In this document: positions 13,866-27,470 of the stretch, one piece after another | Layout of the letters: every line of letters starts with the position of its first letter | Position numbering within the stretch: the stretch's first letter is position 1 | Assembly (NCBI GenBank): GCA_013265495.1 | Contig: MU061579.1 | Coordinates: 2,663,319-2,727,318, forward strand | DNA from: Vicugna vicugna | Lineage: Eukaryota | DNA length: 64,000 nucleotides | Direction: 5' to 3' | Notes under the pieces: model-generated | Seen by the model: only the letters and a program-made list of their open reading frames with translations | Databases searched by the model: none | What the model was told of the DNA's origin: nothing | Translations under genes and position numbers: made by a program

Positions 13866-15884
13866 ACTGAGTAGTGCCCAAATCATGTGAATAAACTACT
13901 TTTTAAATTAAGTGAGACTGAATTATCTCAATTTTCTGTAAGATGCATTTGATATTAACAATTAACTGCTTGAAATCACTCCTCAAAAAGGATAAAAATC
14001 TGAGCAGAAAAAACAAATGACACTGATAGTGTGAAAAACAGTTTGAAATTCTCCTGCTTACTAAAATAAGGAGGAAGGGGATTGGAATTAACGTGCTCTC
14101 CTGGGGATTACAGAGTCCTCAAGGACTCACTAGAGTTTAAAGAAAATTCTTCAGACTCTCATATGAATAAAAAATATTGGAATCATTTTTCATGTTCTTG
14201 ATTACCCCAGGTATTTAACACAGGAAAGAAAATCCAAGTTACAAATGTGACTACAGGGAAGCAATCATCAAAAATGGTGAGAAATTCTGAACTGTATTTG
14301 TATGAATCATAACAGTCTTAGAATTGGAATTAAGCAGACGTTAGAGGTCTTTTACCTGAGGAAATTATTCTCTCTTCAATTATAATACACACTATTACAA
14401 TACATTTTCATTTGTCCGGGTTCTGAGTTACTCGAAAGCTCAACTCACTTATTTTCCCACTTGACTTTTATGAGAATGAAAGAAATTATAAATAATAGGA
14501 AAGATAATTAATACATTTAAAGATGACTCTGGGGTACTTCATGATCCTGAAGTGTCTTTTCAGTCATCAGGAAAAGATACAATTATCATCAGTATCACTT
14601 TAGTGCCAGCTCTTTGACTTTATACCCAGGCATGGAAGCCCTACCTTATAAGGATGCTCTGCACTGCAGGATATACCATGGAACATGTGAGTGTTATATA
14701 AACAGGGCAAGACACAAGACTCAAATGATGCTGAAGGAAGAAAAGAAAGACACCACGGAGAAGACAGTAAGCAGAAACAGGGTAAATTGTGAGGAATCCG
14801 GGACAGAAACAAAGAGGGAAAGAAAAATTAAAATTTGAAGCAGCAGATATGGCAGGAGATAAAAGAAGGGACTGGAAAATTCCTGATTCTGGGGGTAAAA
14901 TTGAACACACTACTCTTACCTCACATTCTCTTCCCGTTCTCTGAAAGAATTTTATGCAATTACTAAGACACTTTTTTCCTATTGTTTCCTTACAAAATGC
15001 CCCAATCACCAAGGTAACCTTAAAAGGATCTCTGTTGCTTACAATCCAACTCACCTAACAAAAGTATGCAGGCTAGGACAGAATTCTTAGAGAACACCTC
15101 TCGGTCTGATAGTTACAACATTCCTAACATGTGAAATGACAGCTTTTCTTCTAATCACTTCCAGCCATGGGAGTGCCTCCATGACCCCAAAATCCTTTTA
15201 AAAATACTCATAACGTTTTTATTCTCTTCAAAGTATTAAGAGGTGTAGAATCTTCCCATCATTTCCCTTCTTTTTACCTGTGCCCGCCTCATCCACTGCC
15301 CACCTCTTCCTTCATATCCTCCTTTTCCTACTTTTTCTCCTCACCCTTCTCCTTGCCAGCTCTCTGCCCTCCTGCCTCTCTCCTGCTTTCTGAATGTATA
15401 AATGGTTTAAATATGGTGCTAAAGTATGTATTAGAATAAACTGTGCCAGTGTGTTAAATGTTAGTTGCGGAGGCTCCCTGGGTGTCACAATAATTATTCA
15501 GTACATGTAGTTTAATGCATTCTTAAACAGTAATCATTACTACTTGCTAAGAACAGGTAAAGCTATTAAGAGGGTCTCAAAACAGAATAACCTTTAACAC
15601 ATCTGAGCAGTAAAAGAGTTTGTAGTACAATTTATGAGGTTTCAAATCCCAAATCCTCACTTTGAGAAAAGAGCCTGGTGGGTGGTATTTTCTACCCTCA
15701 AAGGATCAACTATTGCTTCTTCTCTATTTCACTGTTATTTGAATCGCTGCTATAAAAGAATTGAAGTAGCATAGATGGTCTGTTCTCTAAAGTTTTCTTG
15801 ACTTAAATCATGCTGATGAGCCAAAGCATTTCCTATAAGTCATTTCTAAATGTTACGTAGTGAAAATTCGTGTGGGCTTTAATT

Positions 15885-16055
15885 GCAGCTCAAACTCTGA
15901 TTTGACACCCAGTGTTGTCAATTACTACCTTGTGACCTTGACTTTATCTCCTTGACTATAATTTCCTCATTTGTAAAACTGGAACAATAAAATTGACTTT
16001 GCAGGGCTATAGGTAGGAGAAATTGAGGTATTTTTAAAATGTCTCCCAAATAATT
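15885..16055 (+). mobile_element. MIR SINE
   Basis: tgtgaccttgac...aatttcctcatttgtaaaactggaacaataa...cagggctataggtaggagaaattgag MIR core. Confidence 0.75.
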
Positions 16056-16064
16056 GAACATATT

Positions 16065-16185
16065 GCATATATATGGATATATGTTACATACACATATTAT
16101 ATAACCTATTTTGTAGTATATAATTATATATATATATGTAGTATATATATATAATATAGTGATCATGGATATAAACATACACACA
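16065..16185. repeat. (TA)-rich low-complexity tract
   Basis: atatatatggatatatgttacatacacatattatat...atatatatatataatatag. Confidence 0.8.
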
Positions 16186-16769
16186 ACCAGGTGTCACTAT
16201 TAATGTCTTATTAAAACATACCTTTTTCTTCTTATTGCCTAAAATTTGATTTGTATTCTCAATTTTGCTTACAAATTTGAGTTTTAAAATATTGAAGGAC
16301 CCTGAAGAAATATTGAAATTATTTTATAGGTAATATAAACTATACAAAATACATTTTAATTTATAGTTTATGTATGTGCATCTCTCCAAGATTCTCCTTC
16401 CTCAGAGCCCACCAATTTGATTGAATCAATAGGAAGAATTTTCCTTGACATCACAAATAATCCTTTATTTACCTCTTCAAACACTGGTCCAATTTGACAT
16501 TGAATACCAAATACATTAACATTATATTTGCATTTATATGTTATATTTTTGCAAGACACATACGTTGGGACTAAGGAGGCATAGACATAAACACATAAAA
16601 AGTATTGGCTAGCAAGATTTCTTTATTTGTTAAAGTTTTTTTCAGTCTTTCACTCAAACAACGTTATTGACTATTTATGATAAAAATAAACTGGGTGATA
16701 CAGAGAAGAGATAATTTCTACTCCCAAAGAGCTGAAATTAAATTCTCCAATCCTGTTTCACAATGGACT

Positions 16770-16900
16770 AAATTTAACAAATGTTTGTTGAAGGACTAGT
16801 GCATACACAGAAATACATTGAGTGTTGTAGAAGATACAAAAATTAAGACAATACAATGCTTCTTTGAGTTTTGTTTGATTGACAAGCATGTTAAAGATAT
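16770..16900 (-). mobile_element. L2 3' fragment
   Basis: atttaacaaatgtttgttgaaggactagtgc...tgagtgttgtagaagatacaaaaattaagac. Confidence 0.55.
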
Positions 16901-16944
16901 GTAATCAGTACATCTAAGATTGTAACTTCCAATAACACTAATGG

Positions 16945-17148
16945 TGACTAAAGAACACTTAGATTGGGACAAACATGCTTCTAGGTATCTATATGCATAC
17001 TGACTCAGTTTGATCATCTTAAAAATCCTCTGTGTTAGACAGTATAATTCTGATTTTACAGATGAGAGAATCGAAGTGCAGAAGTTAAACAATTTGTTCA
17101 AGATGGAAGGTGGAGTCGATAGGCAGATGCAAAGATTTTAGTCTGAAG
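16945..17148 (-). mobile_element. MIR SINE
   Basis: attttacagatgagagaatcgaagtgcagaagttaaacaatttgttcaag antisense MIR core. Confidence 0.75.
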
Positions 17149-17237
17149 AGAAAATATAGACAGAGGTGTCACAGTAAAATGCTGCAAGTGGCGATCTATG
17201 AACAGTGACAGATTCCTTCGGCTGAAGAAAGGCCATA

Positions 17238-17564
17238 CAGTTGACCCTTGAACAACACAGGTTTGAACTGCCTGGATCCACTTACACACAGATTTTTTTT
17301 TTCAATAAATATAGTTCCCCCATTTTTGTTTTACAGATCTTTAAATTAACTAAGTGTAGGGGAAAGTTTATGTTCAATTAGACATCAAAATATTTGGAAT
17401 CAGAAGAGCTAGGATTTAAGTCTTGATTCTGTCTAAACTGTTTTCTTGTCCTTGAGTGAGTCATTTATCAATTCTTTTGTTTTTTGAGGCAGAGGCAGTG
17501 GTACATGGATTTTTGACAGCAGGGGGTGGACACCCCAACCCCTGGGTAGTTCGAGGGTCAACTG
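17238..17564 (+). mobile_element. Tigger2-family non-autonomous DNA transposon (MITE)
   Basis: TIRs cagttgacccttgaac ... gttcgagggtcaactg; TA flanks at 17236-17237 and 17565-17566. Confidence 0.9.
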
Positions 17565-20500
17565 TATAGAGGGGAGAAGGGGACATGAAAACTGGGAGAT
17601 GTGAATGAAGAAATTCTACAGCAATGAGAGCACTTTAAATCCTTTAAAAGGATAAAGCTCTGAAAGCGTAGACCACCTGACAAGGTGTGACAGCCTCATC
17701 TTTGTGAGGCATTTGAAGGGGTCACCATAGCTGTCTGAACCCAAGGAACTGTGACTCTCCAGTCCCTGAAACAATCCTGCTGAGTTTCAAGGCAGCCCAG
17801 GAAGGTTCTGCCTAAAAGACAGCATGAAATCATTCCTAACATATGAGGCTTTAAAATAATGCTGCGTGTTGTCAGGTGTACTGGTTATAACTGTCTCCAG
17901 GAGCAAAGGGAAGAGCATTAACTACACATGTATCACGGCTTCTTTCTAGTTCTGTCACCATCAAGATCCACCCGGAAGCTACTGAGCAAAATGACTGACT
18001 CGGGCACCTTCATCCTTGAGAAGATGACACAAACCATGAAAGCCGTTTCTCCAGGCGTGGCAGAGAAACGAGAGGTCGATTTTGAGTTTTCATTTGGACA
18101 AGACAGCCTCATGCCCTCCTGAGAGTGAAGCAATCCAATGTTGTTATAAAACTGACACATCTTTGGTAGTCAAAAAGGGAGATGATACTTTTTAAAAAAG
18201 GAAAATAATCTCAAAAGTTGGGCAGAAGTATGTCCTTGGCCTTCAGGAAAACATGGAAGCCAAGACAGAAGTCCTACGTGTTCCTCTGTTCTTTTCTTCC
18301 CCCGTGTTCTGCGTTACTACCTGCTAAATCAATTGCAGCTGCCTACCTCGGTCCAGTGCATTTAAACCCTTTCTTGGGGCCTCTATAGCACCCTTTGAGA
18401 ATTTCACCCATAACTCCTTACCAATTCCCTAAGCTGTCTTGACTTCTCTACCAGAAAATTGTTCTTATATTTATAACATCTTTCTGAGAATATTTCACCA
18501 AGCTGCTAATAAAACTCTGTTTTATACAACCAATGAATTATGCCTTCAATGTCTTTTTCTCTCTGCATGACGTCCTAGATTAATGCACTATATAATGTTT
18601 GTTAATACAACCATGTTTCTTCTTTAAAAGTCATTAAGAGGGTTTTAATAAGCATTGAAATGATCAATGCGTTAATTGGCTCCAGATAATGTTTATCAAA
18701 TATTCAGGAAGAGAAAATAAAGTACTGTATGGCAAATAATCCAATTCAAGGAAGTCGTTTTATTGGGAGAGATTTGCTTAAATAGGGATAGAATTTCAAC
18801 ACTAAGAGCTTTTTTAAATACAAATGGGGAAAGAGGTAAGAATTAGCTTAAGTAAAAGTTAATGCAACATTAGGTTTGCAAATTCAATTGAACAAAGTTA
18901 GAAAAATTGAAGTTTATGTTACAAGGATAAGTTGAAATTATGTTCTCTGGTTTTGTGTGATAGACCACATGGTTTTCACCTTGCGTAGAATTATTGGCTA
19001 ATATAATGTTCTCCATGGCAGAACTGATGACCTAAATAATAATTTCTCCTCATTCTGAATTTGAGAGCCTGTCTGGTCCTAGGGAAAAGAAGTTATTCTA
19101 TACAGGTCAAATTTAATACTTATCCTAGTTTATTTCTGCTTTGCCTTCTTTAAATGAATGACTACAGATATGGATGTGGACAGAGGAGAGGTTATCTAAA
19201 TACCCATCTATCTATCAATCATCTATCTCTGTGCATATATGTAATTTCTGTCATTTCACACTATCTAGCAGAAGTATTTCAAACTGTTATTAAAAAGTTA
19301 AATTTTGCACAAAAATAAAAATGAATGTATGGATAAAATAAAGGCACATTTCATTTTTCCCTCAAAGCTCAACCAAAAAAAAAAGGACAGGTCTGGCTGA
19401 AGAATGACAGGAGTATAGCTGTTGTCTGTGTTAAAACTCTACAGAGAAAGCAAAGAAAATGTTCAAGGGCCAGGGGGGAATAAAAGGTCCAGGGTCATCT
19501 CTTACTACCTAAAAGTCCTGTAGCATTTCTGATGTTCATAAAAACGCTTGTGCTCCTGAGAGAGCAGCGAGCCCTTTCAGAGTCTCCACGTTCCTCGTGG
19601 CAAACAGCTATGTCAGTTTACTAGGAAAATTTGACTTGATGCCTCTTGAACATTCATTTCCAACTTTGTGTTAATTTTTTTTCTCTTATAGCCAAATGGA
19701 GACAAAGAATATTAGAATTTTCTGATCTGGGACATAAAGTTGGTCCATTGCATTTACATTTTATTTTCACAGGGCAATTAAGCTGACATTAAAGCCAAGA
19801 CTGAAGTTCCATACCACTTAAAATGGGGAATTTTTTTCCCAGTGAGTTTATTGTCACTGAAGAATTTAGGATTAGAGGGGCCATAGAGAGCAAGATTTGC
19901 AAGTGAACAAAATATGGTTTACATGAGGAAAGCCATTAATATTTCTCTAAATGTGAACTTAGCAGAGGAATAGTATAAAAGGGGAATTTTACATTTTAAG
20001 ATCTGAAGATTTATGGAATTTTAAGGAAATAAATGTTCTGAGTGATTAGGTGAGAGAAAAATGAGAAAAACCCAATGAGTCCAGTATAGATATGACAGAA
20101 ATCCTATATTGTATCATGTAAATTCTTACTGAATTTTCTATGGTATTTCCCTACAGTGCAAGAAATAGCTTGTCAGACATATATGTTAGAAAGAAGATAT
20201 AATATACTTGGAAATATACATAATGTTTTGGTCACATAAATTTGTGATTATTCTTTAAGTAAAGAAATTATTATTCCAGATTACACTTATTTTCAACATC
20301 ACTGTACATTTTAAAAATAAAAATAATTTTATGATGCAAATTAAGGCTGTTGGCATAACTTACTCTGTAAGCCATGGGCAGTCCAATGCCAAAAAAAAAA
20401 TTGAGTTATTGTTTCTGTTTACTGCTTATATTGTGCTAAAAATACTACTACAAAATATTCTGATTTTCTAATCTATTATAATTATTTCTGCTGCAGAATA

Positions 20501-20879
20501 GCTTCCACAAGATGAGTAAAGAATTTAAGAACACCTCGCCTTTGTTAGAGAGCTACGTATTTGCACAGTTATGTTAGGTTTAATACAGTGCTGAACATAT
20601 GATGGCATCAGGCAGTGTTTGCATCATGAAATGAGGTGTGGTGTGATTTATTACTTCCTCCCTCAATGAAGGAAATGAGGAAGTCTTCTGTGCCTCCTAC
20701 TTCCCAGTCAGGAGCGTGCAGGAAGTTAGCTGTCAAAGTTCTTTGAACTGTATCACCAACACTGGCTCCTGGAAGCCAGCGCCATATTAGACAATTAAAA
20801 AGGCAACGAACAAGGGAAATATGTAGTTGACAGTTGCAGCTAAAGAGAGGTGTGATGTTTTCCAAAACTCAAAACAGTA

Positions 20880-21040
20880 AATTTAGCTGAAGAGGTGATT
20901 TGTGCAAGTTATTTATACATTCTGAGCCTCGGTGCCCTCATTTTAAAAGCGGGGTTAATAGTACTTATTTGTAAAAATTACATGGGAGGAAGTTATTTCA
21001 ATGTCTGGCACATAGCAAATACTCAAGAATGCTATATTTT
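20880..21040 (+). mobile_element. MIR SINE
   Basis: gtgcaagttattta...ctgagcctcggtgccctcattttaaaagcgggg...gtctggcacatagcaaatactcaagaatg. Confidence 0.85.
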
Positions 21041-21094
21041 ACTTGATATTAAAATATTTCACTTAAATGGAAATAGTAAGCTTTTGTCTTCTGA

Positions 21095-21180
21095 GAGTGT
21101 GTGTATACATATGTGTGTATATATGTGTATACATTTACTTATTTGCAGTGTGTATACAATATACTTAAGATACATATAGT
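21095..21180. repeat. (TG/TA)n degenerate microsatellite
   Basis: gtgtgtgtatacatatgtgtgtatatatgtgtatac. Confidence 0.75.
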
Positions 21181-21923
21181 GTATTTTATTTAAGAGGGCA
21201 CCAAACTTACTGTAGGGTTTAGCTTTATTGTTTGTTTTCATATGGGCCAATAGGAGAGTAAAATTTGCCCAGTATGTCCCTGCCTGTAAAAGAGTTTGTT
21301 AAAATTAGGCTCAACTGCAACCAGGAGTTCTTTCTTTTTATGTAGCCTGCTAACCAAGCTTAGAATCACAATGATGATCACAAGTCAACTTTAAATTCCA
21401 CAAGGAGATGAACCTCCATACTTAGTACAGAAATTAATAGTGTTCTAAAAATTGCTAGTTACACAGTACATCATTTAATCCTTACAACAGCTAATGGATA
21501 ATTGGTCAAGGTCAAACAGAACTGACCCAGTGAAGACTGGAACCCAAGTTTTTAAGTGTCTGTTTTACTCCTAATTAATCCTCATTGCCCCAGATTGCTG
21601 AGTTTCACTACCACAAATATCCTGTGTAAAGCCAGTGTAGGTGATGTGACAGTCTCTGTGATATGCCAAATTGTACACAGGAACAATTGACTCACCTATT
21701 ATAGGAGCAAACATCCCTGGTAACTTTGATTTTGTGTCCTACAGATTTGCATTGACTTAGAATTGTCTTTGTTGTTATTAGTGCACAAATCCTACTGATT
21801 TCCAGAATTAAATGTTATTTCTCAGTGTTTGCAACCCTAAAAGTAAAGATAAAACTCTGTTCATCATATATGGAGTCAGTTTTCCCGCAGCGTCCACTAA
21901 GGAAAATAACATAATGTTATTGT

Positions 21924-22469
21924 TGAAAGCAGCTCTTTTGTCCCTTTCCTCCTCACCCATTTCTGTCCCCCTCTAACTTTAAAAGAACCTAATTACCGGA
22001 ATGAGATCACTAAGCAACTGAAACGAAGCCCTGACGTAGGCTCTCCTGGATGCACACCATGCCTTGTTTACCCCGCTGACTCTATTCTTAGATAAAAAGA
22101 ACTAAGAATAAAGAATGAAGTAGTTGAAAAGTGATTAGCTCCCGACCCCCAGCAGCCCCTTAGCCATCCTGCGGGCAGGTCACAAGTCAAGATAGCATCT
22201 GAAGGGCCAGCCGGCCTGCGCGCACGATGGACAGGGACGAACAACCCAACCTCCTGCCTCAGTGATTCACTCAGTTTCTTCCTCCTCATTTTCCCCTTTA
22301 AAAACTGTCATAGCCGAGCAGAATCTTTGGAGATGATCTCTGGACGTGAGTTCACCATTTCCCCAGAGTACTGACTTTTTTGACTAAAGCACCTTTCCTT
22401 TCCACTGACACTTGCCTCTCAAATTATTGGCTTCTGAGCACTGAGCAACTGACCTTGAGTTCAGAAACA
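21924..22469 (+). mobile_element. ERV1-class solo LTR (MER39/MER34-like)
   Basis: starts TG (tgaaagc), ends CA (ttcagaaaca), 4-bp TSD TTGT on both sides; TATA-like cccctttaaaaa near 22293-22304; 3' end attattggcttctgagc...gaccttgagttcagaaaca. Confidence 0.85.
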
Positions 22470-23534
22470 TTGTTACTGAAAGTTTTGAAAAGAAGTTGCT
22501 AATAAAAAAAAAAAAAGGAAACATTTTAATATTAGCTATATTTTGTAAACATAACCACATTCAAATTTATAAGCCTTTCAATACAATTAATTATGCATAT
22601 GTGTATGAATGGGTTAATATGTATAATATCTATAAATTTTATAAAAATCAGTAATGGAGCTCCTTGGGAAATTAATATCTTCATCTAATTTTTATTTAAA
22701 ATGGAAAGAAAATACAAACAATAAGAACAAATTCCATTTACTATCAAGCACTGAAATAATGCTTGTATTTTAAGAAATATATTTATCATATATACCCATA
22801 AAACATTAAAACAAATATATTATTTGATATATTTTACTTCCTCCAAATCATATAGAAAATATTTTAGCAGTCAGGGAGAGTAAATTTTTCTAAACATACT
22901 CATGTGTTTCCCAAACATAAAATACTGCTGCAAAAGCTGAAAGTTCAGGAAGCTTCACCGGCTGCCAACATACTCTTCCAGTCTTCAGCTAATTTCCCAG
23001 CTAGAGTGCAAAATCATCTTTTGAGAGTCCAGTGATAAAGAAGGACAAATCATTCTTTATTAAATATCCCTCATCAAAAAAAAAGAATTATCTAAATTTT
23101 GGAAATGATGGTTGCTATCATGGACATCAATGTGCTCAGGGAGTGAAATCCTTGAGAATTTTGGTTTTATTTTTAATTCTCTGTTTCAACAAAGAAGGAT
23201 GCAAGATGCATTTTGTTTGATTTTTGCATCTTTCTTTTGGCTATTTCAAAATAATGAGCTTGATTTAGATAATTCTTTGGAAACAACTGAAATATTTTGT
23301 GAACAGTAAGTGCATTTCCCTGAGAAATGATTAAAACTTTTACACAAAGACATTTCCTTTGTTTCTTCTGTTCTTAAGAATTTTATTTTGCCTCTGACTT
23401 TTCACCAGGCTATCCTACATATTCCTCTTAGGCTCTGTCAACAGGCAATCTGAAATACAGTAGAAAAATGTCTAGTTTAATTTGTTGAACTGAATCAATC
23501 TGGATTTTCAGAACTAATTCTTTAATGTTTCCTT

Positions 23535-24440
23535 TTTAGATACACTTTATTTTTTAGAGCAGTTTTAGATTCATAGTAAAATTGAGCAGAGGGTACAGTT
23601 CCCGTATCCCCGCTTCTCCTACGCAAAAACAGTCTCCCTAGCTATCAACATCTTGCATTAGCCTGGTATGTTTGTTACAACTTGTGACCCTACATTGACA
23701 CCTAGTTATCATGCAAAGTTCAGAGTATACATTAGGGTTCACTCACAGACATTAAGGTTAGTTATTGATTGAATTTTTTTAAAAGATATAGGCCTATTCA
23801 GATTATCTATTTCTTCTTGTGTGAGTTTTAGCAGATTACATCTTTCAAGAAATTAACCCATTTCACCTGGGTTATCAAAATTTTGAGCATAAAGTTGTTA
23901 ATACTATTCTTTAATTCGCCTTATGTTGTCCGTGGGTTCTATAGTGATGCCCTCTCTTTCATTTCTGAAATTAATCATTTGTGTCATCTTCCCTCCTTGC
24001 CTCCTCCCTGTCTCTTTTTCCTTAGTTAGCTTGGGTAGAAACTAATTGATTTTAGAGATCTTTTCAAAAAACTAAGTTTTGGTTTCATTGATTTAAAAAA
24101 CAATTAATTTCCTAATTTTAATTTCATTAATATCTGCTCAAATTTTTATGACTTCTTTTCTTCTACTTAGTTAGGATTTAATTTGCTCTCCTTTTTCAAG
24201 TTTCCTAAGGTGAACACTTAGATTATTGCTTTTAGATTTCTCCTCTTTTCTAATATATACATTGAAAGCTATATATTTCCCTTCAAGGACTGGTTTCACT
24301 GCATCCTACTAACTTTGGCAAGTTGTCTTTCATTTTCACTTAGTTCAAAGAATTTAAAAACATTTCCTTTGAGATTTCTTCTTCCACCCATGTATTACTT
24401 GGAATCGTCTTGTATAATTTCTAAGGACTGAGGATTTTTA
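23535..24440 (-). mobile_element. L1 (L1MC-like 3' end joined to an ORF2 segment)
   Basis: ctttatttttagagcagttttagattcatagtaaaattgagcagagggtacag is an antisense L1MC 3' terminus; from ~23750 antisense ORF2 (gatataggcctattcagattatctatttcttc...). Confidence 0.85.
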
Positions 24441-25062
24441 CTGAATCTGTTTTAAAGCATACTTTAGGATTTGTTTCTTCCTGAAATCTATGAATAAAAT
24501 TATTATTAAGAATAATTTGTTTCCATGTATATTTGATTTTATTGTCCAAAATATATAACTTGATTTACCTTTCCTAATAAAAATAGAGCCAGTATGTGAG
24601 TATATATTACATAGCCTTGGCCAGCACAGGGTTTCTGAGGTATATTGAGGAAGGAAATAGAATTACATATTAAAATGTTCATGGATCTCATAAAGAAATT
24701 TAGTATTTAGTTCTACAAATTCTTAATTTTCCCCCTTGGTAGTTGGGGAAGTGCTCTAAATAGTAGATATTACTCATTCCATAATGTTACTTGGAGAAGT
24801 AATGTTTTCAATGTAGTACAATTTTAAGGGAAAAAGCCAAGATTTAAACCCTGATTTAAAAAATTTTATTTTGCTCACTGTTCAACAAAACATATAACCA
24901 GATAAATATACACATCTATGAACAAATATTGTCAATGCTTGATAAGTTAAAATCACCTGTTAAATAGCGAGAAAAAGTTTGAGCCTTTTTGTTCCTGCTA
25001 TTAATCTTTGAGCATTGCTTCGACCAAGATGTTTTGCATTGATTTTTTTATTTGTTCTAGAT

Positions 25063-27470
25063 TAACTATATCCAATATAAATAAAATATGAGACATGTAT
25101 ATAAATTTAAATTTTATGACTGCTCATATAAAAGTAAAAAGAAGCAAGGAAATTAATTTTAATAACATGTTATATAATCTTATGTATCCAAAACTTTGTT
25201 TCAGTATAAATCAATATAAAATACTGAGTCATTTTACATTCTTTTTTTGGTACAGTCTTTGAAATTCAATATGTGTTTTTTACTTACAACAAATCTCAAT
25301 TTAGATGCTAAATATTCATCAGAAATATTTTACTTCTATTTAGATTTCATGAGGTTTTCAGCTAAATATATAAAATTGGACATCAAAATCCTTCCAAATA
25401 TGTATTTCTCAAATAAAGAATTGATTAAAAATAATTTTCCTCTAATATTTGCATTTTTTTGATAAAGTTGATTCAGTCTTTCAAAAAGAGTTGATTTGAA
25501 GAAAAAACAGTAATTTAAATATTACATTTAAGTATTTTTGTGTCAACATGTTTTATTAACATTGAATTCAAAGCAATACTGTATAGATTGAAAAGCAACT
25601 CTGAATATATCAATTACAGAATATTTCTGTAATTTTTCTTATAGTTTTGCAGGCAATTTATAGAATGCTGTTGATTACAATAGAAATTCCTTGCCATTGA
25701 TTCATGTCAGAAAATTATGTAAAATATTACTACTGCATGAAAAGTTGAGATTTCATCATAAATTGTGTCATACTTGTCTCTCTAGGTAACATGAAGATCT
25801 CCATCTACGTGAAGCTTCATATTCAGCATATTCATATTAATTTGATATTGATGAGAAAATGCAAATCACAGGGCCATTGAAATTGCCTTTCATTATTGAA
25901 TGTTTAACAAGCATTCTTTTTGTTTCAAGAAAATGTTGAATTGGAGTTAATATGGTAAATCTTTGTAAAAACCCTTCCACTAATCAGAGAGTCTTGCCAA
26001 AGAACACACTATCATTATTTTCTATCTCTTTCAAAAGCTTCATAAACTGGTGATGTTCCAAACACTTGTACAAATATATGGAGTAATTTTAACCACTAAA
26101 CCTGTGACAGTTTTCATAGAGTCAGCGTCTGTTCAGTGAGCACACGTGTTTTCCATATGCATTAAAGAGAGGAGTGAAGCAATGTGGAAAACATCAATCT
26201 CTCAGATATTTGGCGTTTCTCATATCATGATAGAAAATTTTTCCATATCTCACTGAAATTTTTCTCTGGCCAATGTAAGAGTATTAGATATACAAGTAAA
26301 AGATATAAAATATCTATTCCATGAGTTTCCTTAATAGGCCCTATTGATATTTCTTCATAAAAGTGAAAGTCCTTTGGTATTCAAAATGGCTCATCTAAAG
26401 TTAAGAAAAAATAATTACAATTTATCAAATTTTGAATCAATTGATATTTGATATTGTTTAAGCAAAAGGTCTTGTGTTGAACTGGTAATTGTTTGATGAC
26501 TTAATAGAATTTTTAAAAGTTTTTGTAAACTATTTTCTTTAACTTTTTCACAATTTTCTTTAAAAATCACCAACATTGAAATAATTTTTTTTACCATCAC
26601 TCTAAAAACAATTTTCTTTTTATGTAAGAATCATCTGCATTATAGTTTATGAAAAGTATAAGATCAGATCATGTTAAAATTTTTTATATTTAATTTTGAA
26701 TTCAGGTCATCAATTTTATCAAGTTTTTTGACTATTGAGAGGAGATTTCTTAAGAAATTTACTTTTCTGACTGAAAAGGTCTGTTCCTGTTGTATACCTT
26801 ATTATTTTTAATACTATTTTACCCAACAAACAGAAAGCTTTTCCATTTTATTCTGCCATAACCAAGTTCAGTTGCCACTAATCGTGAAATCTGCAGCCAG
26901 TCTTCCAGTCTTTTTGGTTTTTATCACTGGCATGGCAGTGGTAGTTTAAGTTCATGTGTTTTGCATCAATACTATTATGCCTTTGTTTTAAATTTTAAAT
27001 TTTATTCATACACTTTTTTCAATTTGAAAAGAAATTATAATTTAAAAAAATCTATCTTTTCATTTCATTATTATTATTTACATATGTATCTATGGAACAT
27101 GCTGTTTCACAACATTTTAAAACATATTACAAAGTTACATTTATGCATCAAAAAACAATTGAACTGAAGTAATTTGTTGACACCAACTAGAATGCTGATA
27201 AGTTTACTTATACCGTTAGAAGCAATGCATGCATTGAACATGGCCACTACAATTCACAGCAATGCTATCTAACAAAATTAAAGTGAAATGTAATCCAACA
27301 AAAACAGCAACATTGTGTGTGATGCAAAAATATTATACAGTGATGCAATGTTTAACTTTAATTACAATTAATTAAATTACATTAAATTTTTAGTTCCTTA
27401 GCTCCACTAGTCACATTTAAGGTGCTTAGTGGCCACATGTGGCTAGTGGCTACTGTATTGGTCAGGTCAG
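25063..27470 (-). mobile_element. near full-length hAT-Charlie fossil (Charlie5-like, MER33/MER3-type ends); decayed transposase inferred on minus strand
   Basis: left end resembles MER33 start, right end ggccacatgtggctagtggctactgtattggtcaggtcag; 8-bp TSD ttctagat (25055-25062) / ttctggat (27471-27478) fits the NTCTAGAN Charlie target. Confidence 0.85.

Noticed and set aside
14600..15054. 137-aa minus ORF and overlapping ORFs
   Set aside because: No family resemblance; purine-rich low-complexity sequence.
15260..15392. Long pyrimidine-rich tract as H-DNA or splice acceptor
   Set aside because: No clear mirror symmetry and no matching downstream exon; common low-complexity sequence.
17928..18122. 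Exon-like segment after ttctttctag (LSPSRSTRKLLSKMTDSG...)
   Set aside because: Poor donor (GAG|gtcgat) and unrecognised peptide; insufficient support.
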